A stretch of DNA of 64,000 bases from Lama glama (Eukaryota), in the NCBI GenBank assembly GCA_028534125.1, contig CM052818.1, forward strand, positions 29,638,001 to 29,702,000, given 5' to 3'. Below the pieces are notes generated by a model. It was given only the letters and a program-made list of their open reading frames with translations, did not search any database and had not been told where the DNA came from. The position numbers and the translations under genes were made by a program. Shown piece by piece: positions 26,884 through 40,430 of the stretch (position 1 is the stretch's first letter; each line of letters opens with the position of its first letter).

Positions 26884-29800
26884 CTAAGAAAATATTTGAA
26901 GAGATAATAGCTAAAAACTTCTATAACCTGGGAAAGGAAAAGTCACCCAAGTCCAGGAAGCACAGAGAGTCCCATACAGGATGAATACACACAGTAATCA
27001 AATTGAAAAAATAGAAAATAAAGAGAAAATGTTAAAAATGACAAGGGAAAAATCAACAAATAACATAAAAGAGAACTCGCATATGGCTATCCGCTGATGT
27101 TTCAGCAGAAACTCTGTCGCCCACAAGGAAGTGGCATGATATATTTACCGTGATGAAAAGGGAAAACCTACAACCAAGAATACTCTACCCACCAAGGCTC
27201 TCATTCAGATTTGATGGAGAAATCAAAAGCTTTACAGACAGGCAAAAGCTAAAAGAATTCAGCACCACCAAACCAGCTTTACAACAAATGTTACAGTAAC
27301 TTCTCTAGACAGAAAAGGCCACAACTAGAAACAAGAAAATTACAAAATGGAAACCTCACCAGTAAAGACAAACATACAGTGAAGGTAGGAAATCATCCAC
27401 ATACAAGCTAGTAGGGAGGGTACAAGACAAGAGTAGTACAATCATCTGTGTCCATAATAAGCAGTTAAGAGAAACACAAAACAATCAGATATAAAATATG
27501 CTATCAAAACCAGTCATCATGTGGGAAGGAGAGTACAAATGCAGGTATCTAAAATGCATTTGAAATTAAGAGAGCAGCAACTTAATCATGTATAAAGCCC
27601 ACCATACCAAAAACTCTTGGTAACTATAAACCAAAAATCCATAATAGATATACAAACTAAAAAGAAAAAGGAATCCAAGCATAACACTAAAGTATCAAAT
27701 TGTAAAGAGAACAAAAGAAGGGGGGGAAAAAACTATAAAAACAAATCCAAAACAATTAACAAAATGGCAATAAGGACACATCTATCAATAATTACCTTAA
27801 ATGTAAACAAATTAAATGTTCCTACCCAAAGACACAGACTGGTTGAATAAATACAAAAACATGACCTGTATATAAGCTATCTACAAGAGACCCACTTCAG
27901 AGCTAGAGACACATACAGACTGAAAGCGAGGGGATGGAAAAAGGTATTCCATGCAAATGGAAATCAAAAGAAAGCTGGGGCAGCAACACACATATCAGAC
28001 AAAATACACTTTAAAATAAAAACTGTTACAAGAGACAAAGAAGGACACTACATAATGACCAAGGGTTCAATCCAAAAAGATGTAACAATTGTAAATATAT
28101 ATGCACCCAACATAGGAGCACCTCAATATAAAAGGCAAATGTTGACAGTAACATAATAGTGGGGGACTTTAACATGCATGCCACTTACAGAAATGGACAG
28201 ATCATCCAGACCAAAAAAAAAATCAATAATGAAACACAGGTCTTAAACGACACATTAGTCCAAATGGACTTAATTGATATTTATAGAGCATTCCATCCCA
28301 AAGCAGCAGAACACACATTCTTTTCAAGTGCACGTGGGGTGGAACATCCTCCAGGATAGATCACATGCCAGGCCATAAAGCAAGCCTTGGCAAATTTAAG
28401 AAAATTGGAATCATATCCAGCATCTTTTCCAACCACAACACTATGTGATTAGAAATCAACTACAAGGAAAAAACTACGAAAAACACAAAAACACATGGAG
28501 GCTAAACAATATGCTACTAAACAACCAAAGGACCACTGAAGAAATCAAAGAGGAAATCAAAAAATACCTATAGACAAATGAAAATGAAAACATCTAAAAC
28601 CTATGGGACTCAGCAAAAGTAGTTCTAAGAGGGAAGTTTATAGTGATATAAGCCTATCTCAGGAAACAAAAAAAAATCTCAAACAACCTAAACTTAAGAC
28701 CTAAAGTAACTAGAGAAAGAAGAACAAACAAAACCCAAAATTAGTAGAAAAAAAGAAATCATAAAGAGCAGAAATAAATGAAACAGAGAATAAAAAAATA
28801 ATCAAAAAGATCAATGAAACTAAAAGCTGGTTCTTTGAAAAGATACTCAAATTTGATAAATTTTTAGCCAGACTCAGCAAGGGAAAAAAAAAAGAGGGCC
28901 CAAATTAATAAAGTCAGAAATGTAAAAGAAGTTAAAACTGACACCACAGAAATACAAGGGATCATAAGAGGCTACTATGAGTAACTGTACACCAACAAAA
29001 AGGACAATCTAGAAGAAATGGACAATGTCTTATAAAAGTATAATCTCCCAAGACTGAACCAGGGAGAAATAGAAAATATAAACAGACCAATTACCAGTAC
29101 CGAAATTGAATTGGCAATTTTAAAACTCCAAACAAAAGTCCAGAACTAGATGGCTTTACAGGTGAATTCAACCAAACATTTAGAGAACAGTTAACACCAA
29201 TCCTTAAGCTATTCCCCAAAAAAACGCAGAGTGAGGAACACTTCTGAACTCATTCTATAAGGTCACCATCACCCTGATACCAAAACCAGACAAAGAAACC
29301 ACAAAAAAAAAAATTACAGGCCACTATCACTGATGAACACAGATGCAAAATTCCTCAACAAAACACTAGCAAACCAAATTCAGCAATACATTAAAAGGAT
29401 CATATATCATGATCAAGTGGGATTTATCCCAGGAATTCAAGGATTTTTCATTATCCACAAATCAGTGTGATACATCACATTAACAAATTGAAGAATAAAA
29501 ACCATATGATCATCTCAATAGATGCAGAAAAACCTTTTGACGAAATTCAACATCCATTTATGACAAAAACTCTTCAGAAAGTGAGCACAGAGGGAACATA
29601 CCTCAACATAATAAAGGCCATATATGACAAACCCACAGCTACCATTCATACTCAATGGTGGAAAGCTGAAAGCATTTCCTCTAAGATCAGGAACAAGACA
29701 AGGATGCCCACTCTCACCGCTTTTATTCAACATAGTTTTGTAACCACAGCAATCAGAGAAAAGAAATAATAAAAAAGGGATCCAAATTGGAAAAGAAGCA

Positions 29801-31801
29801 GTAAAACTGTCACTGTTTGCTGATGACATAGTATACACAGACGACCTTGAAGACACTACCAGAAAACTTCTAGAGTTTATCAATGAATTCAGTAGAGTTG
29901 CAGGATACAAAATTAATATACAGAAATCTGCTGCATTTCTATACACCAACAATGAAATGTCAGGAAGAGAAATTAAGTAAACATTTATCATTGTGTCAGA
30001 AAGAATAAAATATCTAGGAATAAACTTACTTAAGGAGGTAAAAGGCCTGTACTCCAAAAATTGTAAGATGCTAATAAAAGAAACTGAAGATGACACAAAC
30101 AGATGGAAAGCTATCCCAAGTTCTTGGATTGGAAGAACCAATAATGTTAATATGACCATATTACCCAAGGCAATCTACAGATTCAATGCAATCCCCATCA
30201 AATTACCAATGGCATTTTTCACAGAACTAGAACAAAACAAATTCTAATTTGTATGGAAACACAAAAGACCCTGAACAGTCAAAGCAATATTCAGAAAGAA
30301 GAACAGAGCTGGAGAAATCAGGCTCCCTGACCTCACACTATACTACAAAGCTATAGCAATCAAAACAGTATGGTACAGACACACTGACCAATGGAACAGG
30401 ATAGAAAGCCTAGAAATAAACCCACACACTTATGGTCAATTAATCTACAACAAAAAAGGGAAGAATATATGATGGAGAAAAGACAGTCTCTTCAATAAGT
30501 GGTGCTAGGAAAACTGGACAGCTACATGAAAAAGAATGAAATTAGAACATTCACTACCACCACATACAAAAATAAACATACATAGATCAAAGACCTAATT
30601 GTAAGATCAGGTACTATAAAACTCCTAGAGGAAAACATGGGCAGAATACTTTTTGACATAAATTGCAGCAATATCTTTTTGGATCCATCTTGTAGAGTGA
30701 TGGAAATAAAAGCAAAAATAGACATATAGGACTTAATTAAACTTAAAAGCACAGCAAAGGAAACCATAAACAAAATGAAAAGACAACCTACAGACTGTGA
30801 GAAAATATTTGCAAACTATGCAACCAACAAGGAATTAATTTCCAAAATACACAAACAGCTCCTGCATCTTAATATCCAAAAAAAAAAAAAGAATCAAAAA
30901 TGGGCAGATGATCTCAACAGACATTTTTCCAAAGAAGACATACAGATGGCCAACAGGCACATGAAAAGATGCTCAAAATCATTACTTATTAGAAAATGCA
31001 AATCAAAACTATAATGAGGTACCACCTCACACCAGTCAGAATGGCCATCATAAAAAGTCTACAAATGATAAATGCTGGAGAGGGTGTGGAGGGAAAGGAA
31101 CCCTCCTACACTGTTGGTGGGAATGTAAATTGGTGCAGCCACGATGGAGAATAGTATAAAGGTTCCTTTAAAAACAGAGTTACCATATCATCCAATGATC
31201 CCACTCATGGGCATGTATCAGGAAAAAACTAATTCAACAAGATATATGCATACCAATGTTCACAGAGGCACTTTTTACAAAAGCCAAGACATGGAAGCAA
31301 CCTGAATGTCCATCAACAGATGAATGGATACAGGATATGGAACAATATACAATGGAATATTACTCAGCCACAAAAGTGAAATAATGCCATCTGCAGCAAG
31401 ATGGATGGACCTAGAGATTATCATACTAAGTGAAGTAGGTCAGAGAAAGGCAAAAATGATGTGATATTGCTTATATGTGGAATCTAAAAAATGATACAAA
31501 TGAATTATTTTACAAAACAGACTCACAGACATAGAAAACAAACTTACGGTTACCAAAGGGGCATGGGGGGAGGATACCTTAGGAGTTTGAGAATAACATA
31601 TACACACTACTATATATAAAACAGATAACCAACAAGGACCTACTGTATAGCACAGGGAACTATATACTCAGTATCTTGTAATAACGTGTAATGGAAAAGA
31701 ATCTGAAAAGAATATATATATAATATATGAATCACTTTGCTGTACACCTGAAACAACATTTTAAAGCAACTACACCTCAATAAAAAAATTAATCTAAAAA
31801 A
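26884..31801 (+). mobile_element. 5'-truncated LINE-1 of about 4.9 kb: ORF1 C-terminus, spacer, disrupted ORF2 (EN, RT), 3' UTR, A-tail
   Basis: ORF2 start MAIRTHLSIITLNVN at 27764. ORF fragments [37 protein letters not shown] motif LFADD near 29813. aataaa near 31779. TSD aaa[a/c]tcaggcaagaat at 26868-26883 and 31802-31817. Many stops and frameshifts. Confidence 0.95.
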
Positions 31802-31945
31802 AAACTCAGGCAAGAATTGTACACAAAACTAACACACAAAACAGTTAAGAATATAGATGCAAAATACCTAAATAAAATATTAGTAAATCAAATACAACAG
31901 TGTTTCAAAAACAGAAAAGCCAAATTAATTCCAGAAATATAAGGA

Positions 31946-32003
31946 CTTTAACTCTTTTAATTGAAATACAGTTGATCCACAATGTCGTCTTAGTTTCTGG
32001 TGT
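31946..32003 (-). mobile_element. Micro L1 insertion (last ~50 bp of an L1 3' end)
   Basis: ttttaattgaaatacagttgatccacaatgtcgtcttagtttctggtg flanked by taagga (31940-31945, 32004-32009). Confidence 0.7.
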
Positions 32004-32916
32004 TAAGGATGGTTTTAATGTCAGCAAATCTATCCATGGAATTTCCCATGTTAAAAAATTAAATTCGAACTTACTTCAATGAATGCAGAAAATCTTCCAA
32101 TAAAATTCATCACGTATTCATCACAACAACAAAAATATAAGCCAATTAGGAATACAAAGAGGTTTCCTTGTTCTGGTAAACAGTACCTACGGCACACTCC
32201 ATGACAAAGAGCATACCAAGAACTACAGCAAATATTATAATGAAACTATAGAGCATTTATAGCAAAACTGGAAACAAGTCTAAATCCCACAATAACTTCT
32301 ATAGTCGATGTTATACTGTTAAGTCCCAACCAACATACAAAACAAGAAAAAAGAAAGAAAAGGTCTAAGAAATAGAAACAAAAGCATCATTATTTCAGTT
32401 TACCTAAGTGTCTATGTAGATAATACAAAAGACTCTACAAACTACCATAACTGATAACACAATGTGGTAATGATTCAGAGATAGAAAACCAGATGAATGA
32501 AATTTAACAGAAAGCTTAAAAACAGACTCGAATATAAATGGAGCCTTGCAACATGATGGAGGAGCTTTAACAACTTTGTCGAGAAATAATAGACAATAAA
32601 TGGGATTGGGAAAGAATGTCATTCATCTAAAAGAATTAAAATTAGATCCCTACCCAACACAAGCATATACATTCCAGATTTAAAACGTTTAAAAGACGAT
32701 GTGACAGAATATTTTCATGATTCAGGGTAAGAAAGAATTTCTCAAATACAAAACAGTAAGTAAAAATCCAAAAGGACTGATGAATTTGACTCTATCAAAA
32801 AGTTAAAGGACACAATACGAAACACTGAAACACAGTAACAAAGAGAAGACACTTGCAAAATATTTAGCAAAGGATTAGTAACCAGATATATCTTAAATTC
32901 CTAAAAACCAATAGGA

Positions 32917-33068
32917 GACGAAAGGGTATAGCTCAAGTAGTAGAGCACATGCTTAGCATGCAGGGGGTCCTAGGTTCAATCCCCAGTACCTCCGTTTAAA
33001 AAAAAGAAAGAAAAAAACCCAAATAATAAATAAATAAATAGACCTAATGACCTCCCCCACCAAAAAAA
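32917..33068 (+). mobile_element. Camelid tRNA-Ala-derived SINE (Vic-1-like)
   Basis: agggtatagctcaagtagtagagcacatgcttagcatgcagggggtcctaggttcaatccccagtacctcc, A-rich linker, acctaatgacctccccc. TSD caatagga (32909-32916, 33069-33076). Confidence 0.88.
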
Positions 33069-36000
33069 CAATAGGAAAAAAAAAGGGGGAAAGTGGACAA
33101 AGGATATGAATTGGCTGTTCATAGATAATGAAATGTGAAATGTGAAAAGATACTCAACTTCTCCAACTGTTAGAGAACTGAAAATCAAAACAAGACTGAG
33201 ATGCAATTCCACGCTCAAGAGACTGGCACTAAATCTGTTACCACCAAGCGTTAGCAAAGATACAGGAAAATGGGAACTGTTATACATTGTTCATGTTTGT
33301 GGGAGTATATTTGCTACTCACCTCTATACAAAGCAACATGGCAATATTTAGTAAGGTTATCACATGAAAACCCTAATACCCAGTAATTTCACTTCTAGCC
33401 TGTCATGTGCTCAAGCAGACTTATACAGGAATGTTCACTGCACATCAATTATAGTAGGAAAATACGGGCATTGATAGATGAATTGATAAGTAAACTGTGG
33501 TATTTCATAATGGAATATTACACAGCAGTTAAAACTGTCATCTAGATCTATACACCTAGCAACATGGATGAATCTGGAAAATAATGCTGACTGAAGAAAA
33601 AGTAACTTATAGGATGCTACTTTATGGCACTGTTCTTTACATGATCATATAATAACCATGTAATTTTTTAATACATCATACTCTGCTTTTATAGATACAT
33701 ATGAAATCAACAAAAGCATAAAAATATGTACTGAATTCACACAAAATTCATGACAGTGATCACCTCAGGGAAGGAAGTGGAACAATTCTAATAAAGGAAA
33801 TGGGTCACTTAATTGGAATTTTTTCCTTAAAAAAAAGGCGGGTAGCAAATATGACAACAGACCTGTATTAGCTGTGGGTAGTAGATACACAGGTGATTAC
33901 TACTGTATCCTTTCTACTTTTCTGCATATTTTTCAATTTTTCAAAATCAAAATAATTTTCAAATAATCCAACAAAGGGCAATTGAGACCTGAAGAGAGTT
34001 AAAGCCTGATCCTTAATCAGAGGGTGAAGGGGTTAAAACAGGGATGAGGACACTCAAAGTGGCAGAACTGCCAAAGCGGTAACAACAAACTCAGTCTGCA
34101 CATACTGGGCTTGCAGGAAGCCAAGATCAGGACCTGGGTGAGCAGGGTGGGTGTCAAAATCCTACTCATCCTGGCTGCCCAGCTCATCTTCTAGAAACAT
34201 TCATCATTTGAAACAAACTCAATTTTTGACCCAAATACTCTCAGATTCCTTCCAGACTTGACTCCTATTTCAGTTTAACAAGCTGATCCCAGTGTTCTTT
34301 AAAAGTTCGGTGATTGTATTTTTAGGAAGGATCCCATGCCCTGAAGCGCAGTCCCTATTGCTTTTCATTCTAAAAAAGTAACTCTTAGTTATATTTAAAA
34401 CTCGCCCCAGCCCACACAGGGCAAGACTCTCTGCCCCTTGCCTTTCCCTCCAAACAAGTTGCAGCATGTCTACCGCATGTGTCCCAGGGAGAAATGTGAG
34501 TCTAACTGTGTCGTCTGTGATCAGAGACAGCAGGTGAGAAATTGCTTTGCTGTGTGTGTCTTCACAGTAATGCCCAGCTGCCCTTTGAAGTCATTCAAGA
34601 ACACTCAGTGATATCAGATCACAAGAAACAAAGCATGAGGTCACACATTTCAGTCTACTCTCACTCTGTCCGCTCCGTGTACCAAACCCAAATAAAATGC
34701 TGCTCTTTCGTTGCAAGTGTCTCTGGATCAGCCTCTTCCAAATCCCTAAAGAGCAAAAAACAGTATGATTACATTCCAATGCCTTTTCTATCCAGCCTTG
34801 TGAATGATGAAGAATTCCACAAAACTAAATGCTCTAGATAGTAAACCGAGCACCAAGACATGTAATAACTCATGGGTTTTGCTCATTACAAACATCTCTC
34901 TGGAAAACTTCAGGTGTGTGTGCGCTTTCGCTGTTCTCTCCCCTTCAGGTCAGTCTCTCTTCCCACCCTTTCTAGGCTGGCTGCTTTTCTAATCTACTCT
35001 CAAGGGACAACTTAACCAAGCAGATAGCCAGATGGTTGAGCACAGCACATATTACAGAGAATACAAGTCACAAAGGTTGTGGGCAGACTCTCGTAGCTTT
35101 ATGAGGAGTTTAATGCCTTTATATCAAGGGCTGGGCCCTCGTCTGCTTAATTCCCCACGAGTTGTGTTCTGGAAGGTGGAGGTTCTGAAAGCCCAAGCTC
35201 AGCAGGGGTAGCTTGTTACCATGTGATTTAATTTAAATAGGTGGTCAGCTAAGGCCAACACACTCCTCCCAATGCCACCAGTAACTGTGAAATCACTCAG
35301 AGGATAATATCATTAAGTCATAAGTCACATAACAAAAAACTACCAGCAGTTTTTCTGGGTTCTGTTTCTAACTCTTACTACTGCCATTTTATTTAGTTTT
35401 TTTTTCTCAAGTCAGTGAAAAAGAAAAGTGAAAGATCTATAGTTTAGACTGTGTAAATATTTGATTCAAAATAGCAAAAGAAAAAAGAAAAACCAGAAAA
35501 TTTTCAGGAAATGCTATTATATAAAAAGAACAAAAGTTGTCTTCAATAAAATAAATCCAATATCAAAAAAATGAAAAAAGGACGGAAAAAGACAATTAAG
35601 ACAAAAGAAAATACAATTAGTAAATAAGCCTGTGGTAGAATGTCTAAATTAATTAGGTCATCAAAAGAAATGCAAACTAAAACAAGGACGTACAATATTA
35701 TGGCTACTTAACTCTTTTAAAACAACATAAGACTATTAATACAAAGTATCACATGTCCAGCTGTCCAAAGCTGCGTTATTTATACCAGTGAAAAATGCAA
35801 AAGCAGCAAATAGATTGAGTAAAGTATGGTATTATATATAGCCTTTCAAAATTAGAATTATAAAGTGACATTGTTAGTTTTTAAATATTGATACTATTAA
35901 TGCGAATAAGGACAGGTTATTTTGTTATTCAGTAAGTCACTGATTAAGCACCTTCTCTAATAACACTAATTTCGTGTACTAATGCTAGTACATATGTATG

Positions 36001-36194
36001 ATGAACACAAGTTTCTGAGAAATCTTGGGTTTTACAAACTAGTACACACATATGCAATTAAAATGTATAGGAACAATTTGATATGTATAATTAAAAGTAC
36101 AATTTAAAATGACATCTTTATATAGTTTATTGGAAGAAAGACTATGTATTTCAAAATAACTCTTTAATCTCTGTTTCAATACCATCATATCTTT

Positions 36195-36930
36195 ACTCAT
36201 TATTCAAACACTGAGTCCCTCCCCCTTGTATGCTACTGTACCAAGAACTGTGGATAAAAAGATGGAGAAGACAAATCTGCTCTCAAGGAGATCAGAGCCT
36301 AGTAGGGAAGACATCCAAGCATAGGGGTAAGAAAAATCACCACACAGTTACGTGCTGGAATAACGATGTAAAAGAAATGAGAAATGAGGGGCCCTAAGTG
36401 GGCAATTGACAAATATTTTGAATTATTATATTCAAGGGACCAAAAAGGAAACAAGGAATTCTTAGAATGGCTTGCTTCCTTGAGGAGATAGAAAATCCTC
36501 CCTGCCCAAGCTCTCCCACTGATGGTAGCGGGCACTGGGGTGAGTTGAAGCTGGACTCCAGGGTCACACAGATTTGAGTTTGAACCCCTCATCCCAAGCT
36601 GGGTGCCCTGGGGCCAGGTGCCAAGTCTGACCTGTGCCTTAGTCCTCCACTGAACAAAATCCTGAGTGACAATTCTGCACTCCATTTTGCACCAGGCACA
36701 TTCACGTGCCCTGTGACTAGAAATGTAGATGAGAAAACACGATCTCTGTCCCGTGGAGCTCACAGCCAAGCCGGCAGGCCAACAGGAACAGTGATTATGA
36801 TTGTTACAAGCATTTAGGAAAGGGAATGGTACACCGTGAGGGCCCATCCCAAGGGGATTCCGGGCATTAGGAAAGACCTCTCTGAGATCATGAACTTACT
36901 ATGATTTACTATGAGATCTGAAAGCAGAGG
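36195..36930. mobile_element. Minus-strand L2 fragments interrupted by a plus-strand MIR (~36500-36680)
   Basis: L2-like gacaaatctgctctcaaggag and ccgtggagctcacagc. MIR-like agctgggtgccctggggccagg...tgtgccttagtc. Confidence 0.55.
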
Positions 36931-37829
36931 AATCAACAACACATACGCCCAAGTCCCAGGGCGTGGGGCCAAACGTGGTGAAACCTGTCACAAAGCTGTC
37001 AAGAAGCAACATGCAAATCGACTACTGATTCAGAAATGACTCTTCATAAGAGGTCAGGTTCAGGGGAGCAGGGAAGGAATTACCATATATTCTTACATCT
37101 ATGTGTCCAGAATGCTGATCTACTACAATTTAATGTAACCAGCAGATACATGACCCTGTGAATCGGGAACAGAACACTGATGCCCATCACCACCACTGTA
37201 ACTTAACGCTGCTCTGGATGTTCTAGTCAGCTCAGTTCTAGACGGAAGAGAAGTGTGAGTCAAGCCAGCTCCAGCACTGCCCAGGGGAGTGTCCACGGGT
37301 ACAGACTGTCTTCAAAGCAATCGACTATATTTTAGGATTAAGCCCTAAGAACACACACCACTTGTGTTTTATCATTCCTCATCTAGGAAAGTTTATATTC
37401 AAACGCGTCCACTGCAGTATTACAATCAATACAGTGGTAAAAAGTAGAAATATCCTACCCATAAAACAAGGAACACATAAAAATCATGAAATGTGATTAA
37501 GTCATTAAAAACAATGTTTTAAAAAACATTTTTAATGTCATGGAATAATGCTTATGATGTAATGCCAAGTTAAAAAAAGAAAGAAGAAAAAAGTGTCTCC
37601 CACTCTCCCTTGAAGTCACTACAGGCAGCTTGCATCTTGCCTGTCCTTGCATCTGCTTTTGGCAGAGCCGCCAGTGACTTTGTGGCTGCCAATCCAGTGG
37701 GCCTTCTCCCTTCCTGACCAAGAGCAGCACTGGATCCGTTCCTCTTTCCTCCCCACCTCCTTCCCTCGCCTGAGATATGGCCCCGCCAGCCTCCTTCCGA
37801 CCACACCGCCAACTTTCTCAGTCTCCCTC

Positions 37830-38960
37830 TGGCTCCTGTTTCCTTTCTTGATCTCTCAGTGGTGAAACTTCCCAGGGCTTGCTTGGTCCTTGGACCCTTT
37901 TTCTGATAGTTTCATTCAGTCGCACGGCTTTGATTTCCACCTCATTGTGCCCTAACTTAGACCTTACCCCTTGTCCTCTGATCTGAACTCCAGATTTCCA
38001 CGTCCAGCCACCTTCTCGGAAGCTCCACGTGGATGTCGAGCAGGCTGCTCAAATTCGGCACATCTTGATTCCCTGACCCTGACTCCACAACCAGCTCCTC
38101 CCCGGCACTCATCCCTTTAACAGGCACCACTGTTGGCCAAGTTGCTCACCAAGCGTGTTAGTTTGCTAGGGCTGCTGTAACGTAGTATAACAAGCTGCAT
38201 GGCTTAGACCACATGTTTCACAGTCTGGAGGCTGGAAGGCTGAAATCAAAGTGACAGAGGGGCTGGTTTCTTCTGAGGGCTGTCCCATTGCTCTCTCCCA
38301 GCTTCTGGTGGCCTCAGGCATTCCTTGGCTTGTGGATGCTGTCACCACAAGTCTTCCTTCTATGTGTGTCTCACCACCTGCCCTCAGACCCTTCTCCCAG
38401 CCACCTTGTCCCCTGCAGTCTATTCTCACCAGGGCAGCCAGAGGGATCCTGTTAGAACCAAAGTCAAATCACATCACTCCTCTGCTCCAAACCCTCCACA
38501 GGCTTCCATCTCACTCAATGAAATGCAAAGCCGCAAACCTCTGCCACCTCTCCCATGTCACTTCCTAGCACGCCTTGAGCACCATACTGGCTTCCTTGCT
38601 AGTCCCTGGGCAGATGACGCCAGCTTTCACTGCAGGGCCCTTGCACAGGCTGTTTCCCACCTGCAACATTCTTCCCTAGATGTTCACGGGTTACCTTTCG
38701 CACATCACTCAGCCTCCCTTGTGACTGTGCCAAAACAGCAATCTCTGGGCCTTGACTAGTTTACTGCATTTTTCTTCAAAGCACTTATCCCAAATGTAAC
38801 ATTCTATTATTTATCTAATCATTGTTTGCTTCTCCCACTCAAATATCAGCTCCACAGGAAGAAAGACTATTTTGGTTGCTGCTTTTTCCCTTGGGCCTAG
38901 AATAACATCTGGCTCACAGAAAATAATAAATAATTGCTGAATGAAAGAACACATGAATGA
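37830..38960 (+). mobile_element. L2 fragment (interrupted by an MLT1 piece)
   Basis: gcagccagagggatcctgttagaaccaaagtcaaatcacatcactcctctgctccaaaccctcca. Tail ttgctgaatgaa. Confidence 0.8.
38155..38380 (-). mobile_element. MLT1 (A-C-like) LTR fragment nested in L2
   Basis: tgttagtttgctagggctgctgtaac...cagtctggaggctggaaggctgaaatcaa. Confidence 0.8.
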
Positions 38961-39741
38961 AGGCTGGAAGAAAAATATACTTAATGCTAACACGAATTAT
39001 TTACCTAGGAGGGGTGAAATTATACAAGTTATTAAATTTTTGCTTAAACCATACTATATATTCCAGATTTTCTACAATGGTCTATTATTAATAATAGCAT
39101 GGCAAAAAATCAACAATACTTCACTGAAAAGAAACGTTAATTCACCTAACGGCAAGTCTAAACTTACTTAAATTTTTAAGGGGTGTTAAGTCCCATAATC
39201 TAAACAATATGTGAGACAGAGTACCATACACTAAACTTTATGATAACTGTACTATATTGGAACATTAATTATTTCTACTTTGAAACTTAGTCTTGACTTA
39301 CTATGACTGGGTAATATGTCCAGCACTATTATTTACATGTTTAATCTGTTTGAAAAGCTGACATTTATTTTCACAGACCAAAAATGTTGACAAGCTTTTT
39401 TCAAAATCAGAGCAATTAAAAAATAACCTTTATAACCTTTTAAAAATGAGATTAACTTGTGTACTGTTATGGAAAGATGGCAAAAAACTGATGTGAGAAA
39501 GTTAGATTACAGATCTGTATGTATAATGTGATCCTATTTTTAGTATATAAATGAGTACATATTATATGATTTTATATGCATTAATTTTGGGGGGAAATAC
39601 ACATCAAATGCTAATAGTGATCACTTATTTAGTTTTTAGAATTATGTGACAGATTCACATTTTCCACTTCATATATTTGGTATCGTTTGAACTCTTTATT
39701 AAATGGAAAACCCGAAAAAATAGGTAATTTGTATTATTTAC

Positions 39742-39832
39742 TTTTTAATTGGTGTATAGTTGATTTACAGTATTGGTTTCAGGCATACAACATAATGATT
39801 CAGTATTTTTATGGATTTTACTCTTTTTAAAG
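39742..39832 (-). mobile_element. Short L1 3' end fragment
   Basis: tttttaattggtgtatagttgatttacagtattggtttcaggcatacaacataatgattcag. Confidence 0.75.
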
Positions 39833-40249
39833 ATAGTTAATCTTGAGAAAGCCAATCAACATGGGTCTTAGAGATTTTTTTGACTTTCTGGAATCTTTCT
39901 GATTTTCCTTTTTAAATGTGAGCTTTTTATACCTTTTAAAAGTCAAATCCTGCAACAGTTTTTTTTTCCCTCTTCCTAAACTTGTGCAACAGGAATGAGC
40001 AAAGAAATAGTAAAATGTTAATAATTTATTAAATAAAAAGGATAGGATTGTAAAAAAAACTTTTTTAATAAAAAATTAAGCTTTATAAGGCCAAAACGAC
40101 TTGAGAATTGAGTACCTGAAACTTGGATTAAGATAAAGGGGGGGAAAAAAGAGACTAAGGAAGAACACATAACTTTACTGTAATTAGGGATGTCACCAAG
40201 TGGTAAAGAGCCCACTGAAGCCAGGCAGCCCAAACCAACCATAGCTCGG

Positions 40250-40430
40250 ACACTGACCAGCTGTGTGCAATTACCTTTTTTGCATCTCAGTTTTCCCATC
40301 CATGAAATGGGACTGATTAAAAAAGAGGGTTTCTGCAAGGATTAAGTGAACACATATATTCAAAGCACTAGAAGCACTAGGACAGGGCCTGGTTCAGAGC
40401 AGCATTTGACAAGTGTCAGCTGTTATTACC
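40250..40430 (+). mobile_element. MIR SINE
   Basis: tctcagttttcccatccatgaaatggg...aaagcactagaag...gcctgg. Confidence 0.7.

Larger units (their letters stand above)
31818..33960 (+). mobile_element. Old L1 (L1M) ORF2/3' remnants
   Basis: atagatgcaaaaatacctaaataaaatattag, aaattagatccctacc, aaactgtggtatttcataatggaatattacacagcagttaaaa. Confidence 0.75.

Noticed and set aside
29515..30168. 217-aa minus-strand ORF, the longest in the track
   Set aside because: Lies antisense to L1 ORF2, a typical shadow ORF of an A-rich L1 strand.
27617..31014. Reverse transcriptase/endonuclease-like ORF fragments as a novel RT system
   Set aside because: Ordinary LINE-1 ORF2 broken by many stops and frameshifts; not retrotransposition-competent.
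32917..32995. tRNA-Ala-like gene (also 12535-12611)
   Set aside because: SINE heads with a SINE-specific tail and TSDs; acceptor stem not intact.
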